64,000 nt of DNA from NCBI GenBank assembly GCA_024704765.1, contig JAKMXF010000310.1:744001-808000 (forward strand). The letters run 5' to 3'. Both the position numbers and the translations under genes were made by a program. Position 1 is the first letter of the stretch, and every line of letters starts with the position of its first letter. Below are positions 22,845 to 35,199 of this stretch, piece after piece. The notes beneath the pieces were generated by a model that did no database searches, had not been told where the DNA came from, and saw nothing but the letters and a program-made list of their open reading frames with translations. Source of the stretch: Oopsacas minuta (lineage: Eukaryota; Animalia; Porifera).

Positions 22845-24959
22845 ATGTCAATGATGGTTGATGAATCACAGATCAAATGCGATTCTCCAGAAGAAATCCA
22901 TGGTTTTGAGGATCCAAATATTCCCAATTGGTCTCCTGTATGCCCAGAAGTTGATCTAGGAAATCCATTCCATAATCAGCTCAAAACCAGTTTCCCAGAC
23001 TTTAACAGTCCTTCTGTATTCAAAGTACAATCTACTCCACTCACATCATCTAAGCCATTCAAGTGGTCAGTGGAAGAGATAGCACTATTGAGACCAGCTG
23101 ATATTGAAGAGTGCCCTAATCAAGAAGTAGTTGACAACAGTTACTTCGTAACACCCAGACGAGCTGAGGCTTCCACTAAGTTCTTCTCAGGGATACATTC
23201 CATACCCAGTCTCATGTCGCCATGCACTTCATCTCGTCCTTGCGGCAAAACGAACTCGACTCAGATGGTGAATACTGACGTCACTCCCAATCCCTACTCC
23301 TTCTCACGACCCCCTGAGATGATGGAAGCTGAGCTCAGTCCAACCCCCATCCGAGCAAAGTCTCCTATTCTTGAAGAGAGCTCCCCTAGTCCACCTCCCA
23401 CCCTATTGACCGACGAGGACAGATCCAATTCCCTCTCTTTGAAACCCAGAGACAGTATACTACCAAAGATATCCCTCCCTCCCCATTCCTTCCCCTCTGC
23501 TCCTGTCAATACGCCTATTAACGTAGTCTCCCCTGCTACAGCATCAACAACACAATCTGTCAATGTAGGAGTACAGACTATGCTCACATTACCTCTAGAC
23601 TTTGATTTAGAGAGAGTATTAGGTCGTCACGCCTACTACCAGGGGGAAGATATGGCAAATAACTCAACTCTTCGTAGAATTCTCTTCCGACCATCCATCT
23701 CCGATCCTAAACAAGATCTCCCACTACTCCAAGAGTCTCTCCCCTCCCCCATAACTAATTCCAACATTTTGACATCTCACAAGATTAGTGAGGACACCAG
23801 CTATAGATCTGATATCCACGAAACACCCAAGACATCTAAGATTCTGAGCAAATCATATTCCAAATCATTTATCAAATCCAGATCGATTAAACGATGCCCC
23901 GTCTCCTCTTATGACATCACAGCTTCCACCCCTGGTACCTTCCTGATGTCTCTTATTTCCGGTAAGCTTGAGTGCTCTAATCTACCTACACCCATCAGCT
24001 CAGCTCCTTTCGTGTCTCCTATCCACTCGGTAGCTGATCCAAATCTCAGTCTGAATGAATCTGATAGGATGTCTGAAGAGAGTACTCCTCCCAGGAACTC
24101 GTCTCTCTGTGAAGACTACTCCTTCCCTCTCAAGCAGGATCCTACTCCGATGTCTCCCATCACTTATAAGTCCTATTTTCAACGAGCTGACACATCCCCT
24201 AATCCTTATAAAGCAACCTCTACTCCTTTCTTACATCCAGAGCATATCACGCCTCCCTCTCGTAAACTCTCTTTCTTATCCCCCGCTGCCCTTCTCTCAG
24301 GAGAGGAGTCTCCGTCTCGTGACATAGTAACCTCAGACTATCCCACTCAGTGTCACGAGGAGGATGTCATGCAGGAGGACCCTGCCCCTCCCACCAGTCC
24401 TCCTACCTTCTCTGACCTCTTTCAAATACCTGACAAGATACAGGTAACCCATTCACTTGAATCTGACTCGGGTATTGGTAGTTCATACGGCGAGCAGAGC
24501 TCACTCTTACAGAGTCTGTCTAGACACAGAGCTAAGCCTGCTGAACACCAGCTCTCATTAAGTTACTGTCCAGACAAGCAACTTACTACTAAATCTATGT
24601 ATCAGACTCCGGGGAATAACTGTAGTATAGCTAATGGGAATGTTTCCAAATTGCGGAGCAAGCGAGGGTGTGTCAAAGTCGACTCATCTCCTCTCTCAAT
24701 CGTGCACCACGCCCTCCCAACATTTGTACATGAATCAAAGAGATATCAACCTGAATGTGCTATAGACTCTCTCACTGATAGCGCTACCTCCTCCTCCTCT
24801 AAAGATACAGAATCTGACCCATGTGACCCTCTTCTAGCCAACCCTAGTTTAGTCCAGCAACAGGTTAAACATATTGAAACTATTGAGAAGCTCAAAAACT
24901 ACAGTAAATGGACTGCTCATAAGAAGAACATAGAATTCAGGACCAATCACCAAAATTAA
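22845..24959 (+). CDS. BORA: Protein aurora borealis (Aurora A/PLK1 cofactor), single exon, 704 aa
   Basis: NPF...SPSVFK...TP...FKWSVEEIALLRPADIE and QTMLTLPLDFDLERVLG match the two conserved Bora blocks. The rest is S/T-P rich. Confidence 0.85.
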   Translation: MSMMVDESQIKCDSPEEIHGFEDPNIPNWSPVCPEVDLGNPFHNQLKTSFPDFNSPSVFKVQSTPLTSSKPFKWSVEEIALLRPADIEECPNQEVVDNSYFVTPRRAEASTKFFSGIHSIPSLMSPCTSSRPCGKTNSTQMVNTDVTPNPYSFSRPPEMMEAELSPTPIRAKSPILEESSPSPPPTLLTDEDRSNSLSLKPRDSILPKISLPPHSFPSAPVNTPINVVSPATASTTQSVNVGVQTMLTLPLDFDLERVLGRHAYYQGEDMANNSTLRRILFRPSISDPKQDLPLLQESLPSPITNSNILTSHKISEDTSYRSDIHETPKTSKILSKSYSKSFIKSRSIKRCPVSSYDITASTPGTFLMSLISGKLECSNLPTPISSAPFVSPIHSVADPNLSLNESDRMSEESTPPRNSSLCEDYSFPLKQDPTPMSPITYKSYFQRADTSPNPYKATSTPFLHPEHITPPSRKLSFLSPAALLSGEESPSRDIVTSDYPTQCHEEDVMQEDPAPPTSPPTFSDLFQIPDKIQVTHSLESDSGIGSSYGEQSSLLQSLSRHRAKPAEHQLSLSYCPDKQLTTKSMYQTPGNNCSIANGNVSKLRSKRGCVKVDSSPLSIVHHALPTFVHESKRYQPECAIDSLTDSATSSSSKDTESDPCDPLLANPSLVQQQVKHIETIEKLKNYSKWTAHKKNIEFRTNHQN

Positions 24960-25615
24960 TTCCCTCCCATGCCTCGCTCGTTACATCAGTAATACATTTC
25001 CCGCATGATGTATTACTCACTGTAATGTGTACTATTCATGATTTATCAGAACTATTCAGTTACTAACTATCAGTAGCTACTTTATCACTACAAAGTTGTA
25101 ATTATTACTTGTACGCATAATAACACTATTATTTGTACATCGATATCAATAATGGTTCCTGCATCACTCATTAATTTATCAAATGTTAATTATTAATTCT
25201 TCAAACTGTGTAAACTTGTTTCTAACAGGACTGGAGTATGTACGAATATTCTAGATCGAGTTTACTCCTTACTCATTAGTCTTTATTCTTAAATTTAGGT
25301 TTTACATACTAAAGTCCTTGTCATAATTTGATGCTGGTGTACGCATGCATATGGATTGTATCGTATGATTGACTCGGACCATGGATATATGCGATTAGGA
25401 TTTTACAATGCGGGTCACATTCCTACGCAACAGACGACTGAAATTTGTTGTACAATATGCTAAGTTATAAATCTCATAATGCTCGTATAGTATTACATAG
25501 TATTACTTTTACTATATGTATGCGTTTTAATTTAGTTCCTTAAAATGCTAATATATCCCAAATCATCGATTGTATTCCATTCAAGTATTCTTCTGCATTC
25601 TCACAAGTATTTGAG

Positions 25616-26653
25616 ATGAATTATGCAAATATTATCTACACTAAAGAGGTTATTCTTATTACTGAATACATTCAGTTTAGCGTTACATTATCATTTATTG
25701 TGCTAGGTCTATTCGTGCTTTTGTATTACATACGTAGGAGGTATGGTCTGCATAAGGAAATTAGGGCAGTTACTTGCGAACAGATGTGGCAACCCAACTA
25801 CCAAAATCATATGAAGAATTTGAAAATTATGGCTATGATCACAAACTTCACACTTATCACCCTTATCATTGAATTAGGTAATAATTTGTTAGAATTCATA
25901 ATTGCTACAATTTATACTCTAAAAGGTATATTCTATCCAATAATATTTCATTTTGCTCTCATCTTACAATCTTTCTATATTCCCATTCTTTGTCTATTGT
26001 TAAAAGTGCTATGGCTAGCTTATCTACACTCCCAATACAAATATACTATAATGAGATGGACAGTATATATTACATTAAGATTAGTTGCAATCTATATTGT
26101 ACATAGCTGGCAGTTTGTTTATGTGAGCAATAATGACATAAAAGTTAACATATCTCTATTAATATTTACATACCTGCATTCTGTTTTCCAAACAATTGAC
26201 CTATTCACGTATATATTGTATTCACGACGTTTCTATTTGCATCTAAAGAGCAGAGAAATAGAAGCTAAATTATTCGATGAAGATAAGTATCTACAGAGTA
26301 AGTATGTTCGTGTACATTTCAAGATAGCTACCTTCATAGTTACGATAGCATTATCTTTATACACTCTGTCTGAGGGTATATTCTGTTTATTCAGTTTGAG
26401 TATTAATATTAGTAAATTTGTAAATGAAGTTTTCATCTTCTCTGAATGGGAATATTACCTACAGTCCCTGTTAATATCACGTTATGCTCTGCTATCAGCT
26501 TATAGGATATTGTTAGATGTTAATTACATGTATGTGTTCTTGGTAATTATGTTCAAGTATTGCAGACAGAAGCATCAACTAACTAGAATTAATGACAGGA
26601 TACATCCCTATGTTAGAGAATATCAAGATCAAGTATTCACACGGTATTTGTAA
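25616..26653 (+). CDS. Orphan multi-pass (7TM-like) membrane protein, 345 aa
   Basis: About seven hydrophobic segments in an intact ORF. No family motif recognised. Similar to 19298-20448. Confidence 0.7.
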   Translation: MNYANIIYTKEVILITEYIQFSVTLSFIVLGLFVLLYYIRRRYGLHKEIRAVTCEQMWQPNYQNHMKNLKIMAMITNFTLITLIIELGNNLLEFIIATIYTLKGIFYPIIFHFALILQSFYIPILCLLLKVLWLAYLHSQYKYTIMRWTVYITLRLVAIYIVHSWQFVYVSNNDIKVNISLLIFTYLHSVFQTIDLFTYILYSRRFYLHLKSREIEAKLFDEDKYLQSKYVRVHFKIATFIVTIALSLYTLSEGIFCLFSLSINISKFVNEVFIFSEWEYYLQSLLISRYALLSAYRILLDVNYMYVFLVIMFKYCRQKHQLTRINDRIHPYVREYQDQVFTRYL

Positions 26654-26879
26654 ATATTTGCTTTGGTTCAGTTGAGATATTAATTTTGAATATTTTGTAT
26701 TATATTCCTCCATAGCATTCTATGATTCCTCTAATCCTTACTCATGGGTACTATACTAACCGTGGTTTCATTCAACTTTAAGCAATACGCCTAAATGGTA
26801 TCCTCATATTTGCATTCTCAGGGCATCCACTCTATCACTAATTCTTTATTTAAATAAAATCACCTGTAGCAACTGACCT

Positions 26880-28337
26880 ATGGCAGAGGTATCCCCCCAG
26901 CCTGTATTTAATATCGGGCCTTATTCTGTTCCAATGAGTCTCCATGCTGATAACAGATCTCGTCTCTGCTCATCTCTGAAGTCTCAGACAGCTATGAAGC
27001 TTCCTAACTCTTCCTGTATCCTGCTACAGGGCGGGGAACAGACCACACTTTACTGCACAGATAGAGATGTACTGTTCAGACAGGAGTCCTACTTTCATTG
27101 GTGTTTCGGAGTAACAGAAGCAGACTGCTTAGCAGCTATACAGGTAGATACTGGATATACTGTACTGTTTATACCTAGACTACCTGCAGTGTATGCTACT
27201 TGGATGGGAGATATCCACCCTCCCTCACATTTCAAGGACAAGTACGCTATACAGGAAGTACAATACACTGATCAGATTGCAGATTACTTCAAACACACAA
27301 ATCCCTCTCTCATACTAACTCTATACGGAATCAATACAGACAGTAGACAGTACTGTAGGGAAGCTACCTTCTTAGGAATATCAGAATATACAGTTAACAA
27401 TACACTGCTACACCCTGTAATAGCTGAGTGCCGTGTTATAAAGAGTGATGCTGAGATATCTCTATTACGTTATGTCAACCAGGTAAGCAGTCAGGCACAC
27501 AAAGCAGTTATGCGAGCAGTACGTCCTGGCATGAAGGAATACAAGCTGGAGAGCCTGTTTCAACACGTGTGTTATAATGAGGGTGGTTGTAGACACGTGA
27601 GTTACACATGCATAGCTGCTAGCGGTTGTAATGCATCAGTTCTACACTACGGACATGCAGGTGCTCCCAATGACCGTCTGATAGAGGATGGAGACATGTG
27701 TTTATTTGATATGGGAGGAGAGTATCATTGCTATACATCTGATATTACATGCTCATTCCCTGCTAACGGTAAATTCTCCCCTGAACAGAAGCTAATCTAT
27801 AACGCTGTACTACGTTCCTCTCGTGCTGTAATGTCAGCAGCTAAATCAGGTGTACCATGGATAGACATGCATCAGTTAGCAGAGAGGGTAGTCTTAGAAG
27901 ATCTCAAATCAGCTGGACTCCTCAAGGGGGACATTGATGCTATGATGAGTTGTCACTTAGGGGCTGTATTCATGCCACACGGTCTGGGACATTTCATGGG
28001 GTGTGACACACATGATGTGGGAGGGTATCTAGAAGGGTGTCCTGTTAGACCAAAAGCTCCCGGCATGAGATCACTGCGTACAGCTAGGACACTTAAAGCC
28101 GGCATGGTTATCACTATAGAGCCAGGTTGTTACTTTATCAAACATTTATTGGATGAAGCTAAATCTGATGCTAACACGGCTTATTTCTTGGTTAATGAAC
28201 AGATTGATAAGTTTGAAAAGTTCGGTGGTGTACGGATAGAGGACAATGTTGTCATCAGAGAAGAAGGTATTGAAGTATTGACACAGGTACCCCGTGAGGT
28301 AGAAGATATTGAGAAGTGGATGAATGGGACTGATTGA
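26880..28337 (+). CDS. PEPD: Xaa-Pro dipeptidase (prolidase, M24B), single exon, 485 aa
   Basis: [66 protein letters not shown] and GGVRIEDNV contain all the metal ligands. Confidence 0.97.
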   Translation: MAEVSPQPVFNIGPYSVPMSLHADNRSRLCSSLKSQTAMKLPNSSCILLQGGEQTTLYCTDRDVLFRQESYFHWCFGVTEADCLAAIQVDTGYTVLFIPRLPAVYATWMGDIHPPSHFKDKYAIQEVQYTDQIADYFKHTNPSLILTLYGINTDSRQYCREATFLGISEYTVNNTLLHPVIAECRVIKSDAEISLLRYVNQVSSQAHKAVMRAVRPGMKEYKLESLFQHVCYNEGGCRHVSYTCIAASGCNASVLHYGHAGAPNDRLIEDGDMCLFDMGGEYHCYTSDITCSFPANGKFSPEQKLIYNAVLRSSRAVMSAAKSGVPWIDMHQLAERVVLEDLKSAGLLKGDIDAMMSCHLGAVFMPHGLGHFMGCDTHDVGGYLEGCPVRPKAPGMRSLRTARTLKAGMVITIEPGCYFIKHLLDEAKSDANTAYFLVNEQIDKFEKFGGVRIEDNVVIREEGIEVLTQVPREVEDIEKWMNGTD

Positions 28338-28717
28338 GCAGTTGATTAATTATTAGAATTGGGATGTGTGTATTATACTTACTCGAATATTCTTAAATGG
28401 TCCTTATTTTATTTTCATTACGAATGGTTAGAACTTATAATTTCATGGAATACCGACAATTCGCACCTAATTTGATTGGCCTACTGTGTGCACTTGCCCA
28501 GCCTCAACAGATGCTCCTGGACTTTGAGAAGGGCCCGATTACCAGCTTTGAGCATCTGTTGAGGCTGGGCAAGTGGACACAGTAGGCCAATCAAATTAGG
28601 TGCGAATTGTCGTGGTGCGAATTGTCGGTATCCGAATTAGATTTACCACAATAATACAAGAAAAATTTCAGTATTTAAGTTACAAGCTTACAGACATAAT
28701 TTTCCATCACTCAAGTG

Positions 28718-29521
28718 TTAATTGTTTCGGTTTGTTAACCACTTCACTATTTGCTCTCTTCTACTTCGTCTATAAAACTGGTACTGGACCGGTCTTATTG
28801 TCTCTTCTACAGGTGTAATCTGATGTTCTCTAGCTAGTTCAACTTGCAAATCTATCCGATTACTGTCATCATCAAATTCATTAACCAGACTATTAATCTC
28901 CTCAAACAGTTGTAGCTCTGTCATTTTCTTTTCAAGTTGTTGAATGGTATTTTCCAACTTAGAAATTTGTTTACAATAAGCTTCTTTATTTCCTTGTTCT
29001 TCCAGAGGAATCCACAATGGATTTTCTACCATAACATCTATCCCTCCTTCACTCCTACCACAAAGTATAGCCTGTTCCTGTAAGTACTGTTTCATTACAA
29101 TGCTGAAACGCCTGAAAATTTCAGTATAGTGAACCTTGTGCATACGATATTCAGCATCATTCCAAATTTGTTTATTTTCTTCCAGGTATCTACCCATGTC
29201 ATGAATGTTTGATCGGACGTTTCTAAAGATGGTGGTTACCTCCTCCATAATAGTTTCTTTCTCTGCATTGGGTGTAAGCCAGGTTGCACCATCTGCAAGT
29301 AATCTCCTGTTAATGGGAATGATACGGTTTACACGATCGTCTATCTTGTTGACTTCCTGTTTCAGATATTCTATATTAGCCCAAAACCCATCTTTGTATA
29401 TAGTTGTAGTATCCCTACCCTTTGGAAGACTTCCTTTGTATGCACTTGTCACATGTAGTCCATCATTCAGATCATTACTGTAGTGCGCTATGAGGTTAAT
29501 TGATGTGTTTCGTAGAGACAT
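28718..29521 (-). CDS. Syntaxin-like protein (Habc + degenerate SNARE helix, no transmembrane anchor), 267 aa
   Basis: YRMHKVHYTEIFRRFSIVMKQY resembles the syntaxin Hc helix. ISKLENTI..L...LFEEINSLV.E.....NRIDLQVELA resembles a Qa-SNARE heptad. Confidence 0.6.
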   Translation of the reverse strand: MSLRNTSINLIAHYSNDLNDGLHVTSAYKGSLPKGRDTTTIYKDGFWANIEYLKQEVNKIDDRVNRIIPINRRLLADGATWLTPNAEKETIMEEVTTIFRNVRSNIHDMGRYLEENKQIWNDAEYRMHKVHYTEIFRRFSIVMKQYLQEQAILCGRSEGGIDVMVENPLWIPLEEQGNKEAYCKQISKLENTIQQLEKKMTELQLFEEINSLVNEFDDDSNRIDLQVELAREHQITPVEETIRPVQYQFYRRSRREQIVKWLTNRNN

Positions 29522-30401
29522 TGTAGTAGCCTGAGGTATCTACAATAAGAATTATTTTGTAATAATTTTAACGAGGGTGAAATAGCTATAAACCCAATAG
29601 CGGATCCAGGAAGGATTCACCTCACTAGGAAAATTATACATGATATGGAATCATAATAGTATTAAAATAATGTCATTACACTGAAATATTAGCTCAAATT
29701 GCAAACCGTGAATTTTAGGCTCGCTTCGCTCGCATTTTAACCTTAATATCATATTATAATAGCCCATTATCAGGTATATGTTCCGTCCGGATGCCCAACC
29801 TCAATCCCGTTACGTAACCGGACGTTCGGTTGTGTAATCGGACGGCTGGGTACATAGCTGGACAGATTGCGGATCGGGGCGGAACATATGTACATACTTC
29901 GTATTGATCTACTGACGGAAGTTATGTGACCTGTAACGGTGGGTATGTACAAGTATTATGAGCAAGACAACACATAAGTATACGTTTGTCCAAGTTGAAA
30001 CAAAACATGTATAGTTGATTTCTTTGAATGTTACCTTGCTAACGTATACAATGAGGAAATGCAGCTATACAATCAATCGAAAACTTACCATGACAAAGTG
30101 AGCATTACGCAATTAATTATTTCGATATTCGTGACAGGAGAAAAGGCAACTAATGTGATGGCATATACGGATTATCGTGCAATTGAGAGATAGTCTAATG
30201 TTCAGCAATTGTAAATATTTACTTAAAATATATCGAATTTTATTTATTTCTTATATAAATAAATTTATACATCTCAGATTTGCGAAATTCGAATTCAAAA
30301 ATGCATACCATAATCTTCGACAACGGACAAACAGACAACCAGACAGACCGACCGACAGAAACAACAATAATAATAATAATAATATTGGTTCTATGTAATT
30401 A

Positions 30402-30566
30402 CAGTAAACTCTCGTTATAACGAAGTGCTTGGGACTCCGGTTTCATTTCGTTATCAGCTGTATTTCGTTGTTAAGTAAGTAAATCAATCATTTGCAACTT
30501 TTGCAAGCTATAGTGGGTAAAGAATCACTTCGTTATATCCGACCTGGTTATAACTGGAATTTACTG
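30402..30566. mobile_element. Short pogo/Tigger-type MITE, 165 bp
   Basis: TA|CAGTAAACTCTCGTTATAA ... TTATAACTGGAATTTACTG|TA, imperfect TIRs with TA flanks. Confidence 0.7.
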
Positions 30567-31628
30567 TATTTAATGATACATACCTTCACGTTAAGTCTGT
30601 GCTAGTCTGACTGTTGTGGCTATGTATGCACGATTCTGTAATCAGATGTGAAGTATTGAATATGATAATTTTGTATTTGTTTACAATTGTTGCTGATTTA
30701 TAGCATTTCCATCTTTACTGTTCTGAGCTTAACATAGATTCTATTGAATAGAGATTACCTCTTCTCTCAGCATTTTTGTGCACGATATTATTAATTCTTT
30801 TGAATGCAGGTCACACTTTCCTCATCTCTTGATGTTTTATACAAAATCTACGATTCTACGTAGTGTAATTGTCTATAAAGACATATATGTTATTAATCAG
30901 GGATTATTACAGCAAATACGTTACAAATACTCCGAAAATTTTTTATTATATGAGTGTACTTTCCTTGGTTAGATGTTTTATCATATTTAAGATTCCTTCT
31001 TGTCCTGTAATTCACTTTTATTACGTAAATTCGACTGCTAAAGTGCGTAATGGTTTTACATAGTTTATCTACTTATTCACAAAAAGGTGAATATCTCTGT
31101 GCATATTTCAACAAACTATACAATACTTAATTTTTACTTAGTTTTCTGTCAAAACTAAGTATATTCTAAGTATTAATTAAGTATATGTGCATTGATGAAA
31201 ACTTATCAAAAACCAAGTTTTTAGTTAGTTTCGAGTTAAGTTTAAGTTTAAAAGTAGTTTAGTGAATAACGCCCCAGAACCCGATATCCCTCAATCAGGA
31301 ATGACAATTGGTCATACTCTGCACTTCGGAACTTGATTACTCCTTTATACCTGGAGAATCTAGTTCCGGAGCACGAACCGTAATCATAGTTGTCCAGCCT
31401 CATTGATCCAGTGTGACACTCATTATTTGGACACAATCTCACTAAGTTTTCTGGAGAAATTGAAGTTATTCCAGTGCTTCATAACGAAATGAAGACTAAT
31501 TACAGTATTGCTCCATTATGGCATTATGGCGGGCCTTTAGCCACCATTTCATTTCAAGAACTATCTAAATTCAACTGATTTTATACGTATCTCACGGAAA
31601 TATATTTAAAAGTTGACTACTATGTATT

Positions 31629-31672
31629 GTATTTCCCTGAATAAGCGCCGGGGCGCTTATTCAGGGAAATAC
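31629..31672. repeat. Perfect 21-bp palindrome with a 2-nt loop (collapsed MITE termini)
   Basis: GTATTTCCCTGAATAAGCGCC-GG-GGCGCTTATTCAGGGAAATAC followed by TGTA. Confidence 0.9.
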
Positions 31673-32360
31673 TGTATGCGCGATTTAAATAATTGTCCTT
31701 ATAGAAATATATATTGTAAGTGTAATATAGTAGAACTTCGTTACACCACGGCCAGTCGAAATTAACACTCCTTACCGGAATGTTATCACGGCGGAACAGG
31801 TGTGACTGGCCAGGCAATGCCGTCTGGAATACGTATCACTTTTTCAATATTCAGAATTATTATGTATCTATTGATATACAGTAACAGGTTGTTATCAAAT
31901 ACGGGACGTGATTGGACAGTAGCAGGATATATCCCGGGAAATAAATAAAACATGGGACAGGCCCAAAATGCTTAAGAAATATCGTTCTAGCAGTTGAAAT
32001 GGTATTCTACTTGTTCAATGATCAAATTCCAAAGAAATAGGTTCATGAATGGAGGAGTTGAATACATGTTACTAAGCATTACATAATATAGAATTCCTGT
32101 AATATATATTCCCCTTATGCCTGTTATTCTTGTAGTGCTAGGTTATTATTTCAATTTGCTCATAATTTTAATACACTCCTAATGCTAATTATAATTAGTA
32201 TTATAGTTTATATTCTATAACCTTCGTTTCGAGCATGACACCAAAATATTTATATTACGTATTTCATCATATCCTATGATTTCACAATACCTTATTGGTC
32301 TTACTCTAAACTAATATGATCTTTTCCGAATATATCTATCATGCATCCGTTTACTAGCTC

Positions 32361-33488
32361 ATGCAACCATTCAGAAAATCTCCACAACACAACACCAGCA
32401 CCAGCACAGCTATCAACTACTCCACCCTTTTAGAAGATGAGGAATACGCAAAACCTCTCTTCGCTGGCTTACGAGAAATAGCAAGTATTCAGGAGAAGGT
32501 CTTCCTCTTACAAGACAAGGTAGAACATCCTACTCTCTACCTCACCCAGGCAGATGTAGAGGCAGGGAAGACTCTGTTCCGTAACATGCATGAAACTCTG
32601 GGCAGGTCACGACAAGAAATAATTGATATTATTATAGAAGAGAAGCTAGCTGAAATACATAATGAAATGATTGAATTCAAAAGTGTGTATGAATCACAGA
32701 AGGTCAAATACAAAGAAATAGAAAAGAAACTAATAGAGTACGGTTATGTACCACCTGCTAGATATATAGCACCACCTGTTCTCACAGATATCCCTACTAT
32801 AGCAGCTAATTCATCTTTCAACACTAATAATCTTGCTAGTGCTAATCTCCCTGTCATTTCCCCCTCTCCTATACCCGTTCATTCTCCAGAGAATCAGGTC
32901 GTACAAGATATCATTGCTCCGTTTATAGCTACACCTGAGCTGTTTAGGAAGTTATCAAAACAGAGCAGGGTTGGTGCAGAACATGTCAAAGCTGTCATGC
33001 GGGACTGTGATGACGATATAGATGAGACTTATGGTAATGAGCCTGCTAGAGATATACAGATGACATTAGCTGGTCCTATACGAGCAGATAGACATATACC
33101 ACCCCCTCTCTCTGAGAGTCCTGTCTGTCTCAGAGAGTTTAGGTTCCCTACAACTCCAACACAATCCTACTCCAATCTGGATCAGATTAATACAGAACCA
33201 TCTGTATATACGTCAAATAGCAACAACCTGATCTCTCGGAAAGAATCTAACAGCATTATACCCAGTGACGTCATTACTGAGGAGGAGTATAACTCATTGG
33301 CTAGTTACATTGTAAGCAATGTAACTCTGTTAGAGCTGAATACTGCACTTACCAGATTGAGAGAGTTTACTAGATGTGCTGATTCTGGACAGAATCTACA
33401 GCTGAATGAACAGTTGTTAGCCAATGAAGTGGGGAATACTAAATGGTCACAAATTAGGCTAGCTCTGTTGAAATTGAAATTGATGTAA
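32361..33488 (+). CDS. SKA3: Spindle and kinetochore-associated protein, SKA3-like, 375 aa
   Basis: N-terminal LFAGLREIAS and coiled coil ending KEIEKKLIEYGYVPP (SKA3-type YGYxP motif); S/T-P linker; C-terminal ITEEEYNSLASYI...L.ELN resembles SKA winged-helix domains. Confidence 0.55.
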   Translation: MQPFRKSPQHNTSTSTAINYSTLLEDEEYAKPLFAGLREIASIQEKVFLLQDKVEHPTLYLTQADVEAGKTLFRNMHETLGRSRQEIIDIIIEEKLAEIHNEMIEFKSVYESQKVKYKEIEKKLIEYGYVPPARYIAPPVLTDIPTIAANSSFNTNNLASANLPVISPSPIPVHSPENQVVQDIIAPFIATPELFRKLSKQSRVGAEHVKAVMRDCDDDIDETYGNEPARDIQMTLAGPIRADRHIPPPLSESPVCLREFRFPTTPTQSYSNLDQINTEPSVYTSNSNNLISRKESNSIIPSDVITEEEYNSLASYIVSNVTLLELNTALTRLREFTRCADSGQNLQLNEQLLANEVGNTKWSQIRLALLKLKLM

Positions 33489-35199
33489 TCATAGCCTACG
33501 ATGTAATTAATATAATCGCATTCATTCTTACAAATTCTATCTCTCTGGAGCCGAGTACTTGTAGCACTCATACTGATAAATTCTGTTTTTACGTTTAAAC
33601 ATTTAATCAATTTTAATATATTTACATCACACTATCACAGATGTCCAGGATAGAATATCAGAGTATTTAACCGTATTCAGAAAATATATATTGCTTTTCA
33701 CAAAACAATTCTCCAGAATATCCTTTACCAGAGATCCTATCTGTTTGAACAAAGCAACTTTCTACATACTTTATTACAATATCATCTACTTGTAAGTAGT
33801 AATTATGGAAATTTCTCAGACCTATTTCACTCTTCCCAGAATGATTGATTGAATGTCAGTTTGATTACTCCTTGATTAGTTTTCTAGTTAATGAATTTAA
33901 AAATCATTCGCGATATGATGGAATGATTTTTTAACTCTTTAATTGGACCACACCATTCCCGACTGTTATCATAATGATATTGAGTATATTCTGAATAATA
34001 TTAACATACTTATTACAAGAATTTTAATAGCTCTAGAGGTATCTAATACATTTATTCAGACCGAAAAGTACATGTGTGTATATACCCATGCGTTGAGAAT
34101 CATCTTACATTTCCGTTAGTCTATTTTTCCATTTAAAAAAATTATTTTGTGTATTGTATTCCAAAGGGAATGACGGATTGTTAAGCTAATCACTGTTAAT
34201 CCGTAGCTCCTGATTAAAATTGTCAATTCTCAGTCCTCTTAAATGCTTTTTCAATAAATAAATGACTAAAGTAATCTCTAATACTCACAGTATTTTGTAA
34301 AAATATCTAGTTTGACATTGAATAATTAATTGTGCATATTAAGAACAATTTTTCTAAGATTCTTAATAATACAAGAACAATCTGAGTAGTATATATTACC
34401 GATTTCGTAGGTTTATACATATACTTATGCTATTTTGTTCGTTGTGGTTACAGTATCGGCCACAATTTTTTGTATATATTCTCTATCAATACACAGTTAG
34501 GAAGATATACAGATTAATTAAGTGAAGGTTTAAACATTGGGGTTATTAAATACAAACTATAATTACGAATCAGCTTTTCCATATTTCAAATGGCTCATTT
34601 ACTGATAATACAAGGTGTTATACGCTCATGTACATATGTGTAATTATTACTTCAGCTGTCTATTTAATGTTAAAGTGAATTTTGTAATAAAACAAATTCT
34701 CCAATTTCTTAGATTAGAATTGAATAATCATTATTTTCCAGATGACATACAGCTAATTGAATATCAGGGTATAATTAATTTTCCATCTATCAGTTGGATA
34801 TTTGCTGGCAGCAATGAATGATCTTTTCAAGTATTTATTAGAAAAATTTATATATTTTCTCCTGAATATGAATATACTACGTATACGATTGTATTTTCGT
34901 TATTTGTTTAATAGAACAATGACCTTTAAGAGAATTATGGTGTATATCGTATGACTATTCCACTAGTATAGAAGATCCTAAGTATATTCCACCTCAAGTA
35001 CAGCTCCTATAGGGAGGCGCCTTAATGGCATGGACGATATGCGAAATCTAGAAGTCCGATTAACATAAAAATTGGTATACATATACATTTTTGATCGAAG
35101 ATTTGCACCTCAGGTATGAATTTATTCTAAAGTGAATAGTTCACACCTTTCTATGTAAAATACAAAAGCATGCTAAAGATTAGGTTTCAATATGCTGTA

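Noticed and set aside
31248-31500. 64-aa minus-strand ORF with a GC-richer patch
   Set aside because: No identifiable domain; adjacent frames are closed.
33641-33791. Possible extra exon of the SKA3-like gene (CAG acceptor, GTAAGT donor, one open frame)
   Set aside because: Its phase is incompatible with the only nearby donor at 33485, and no partner exons were found.
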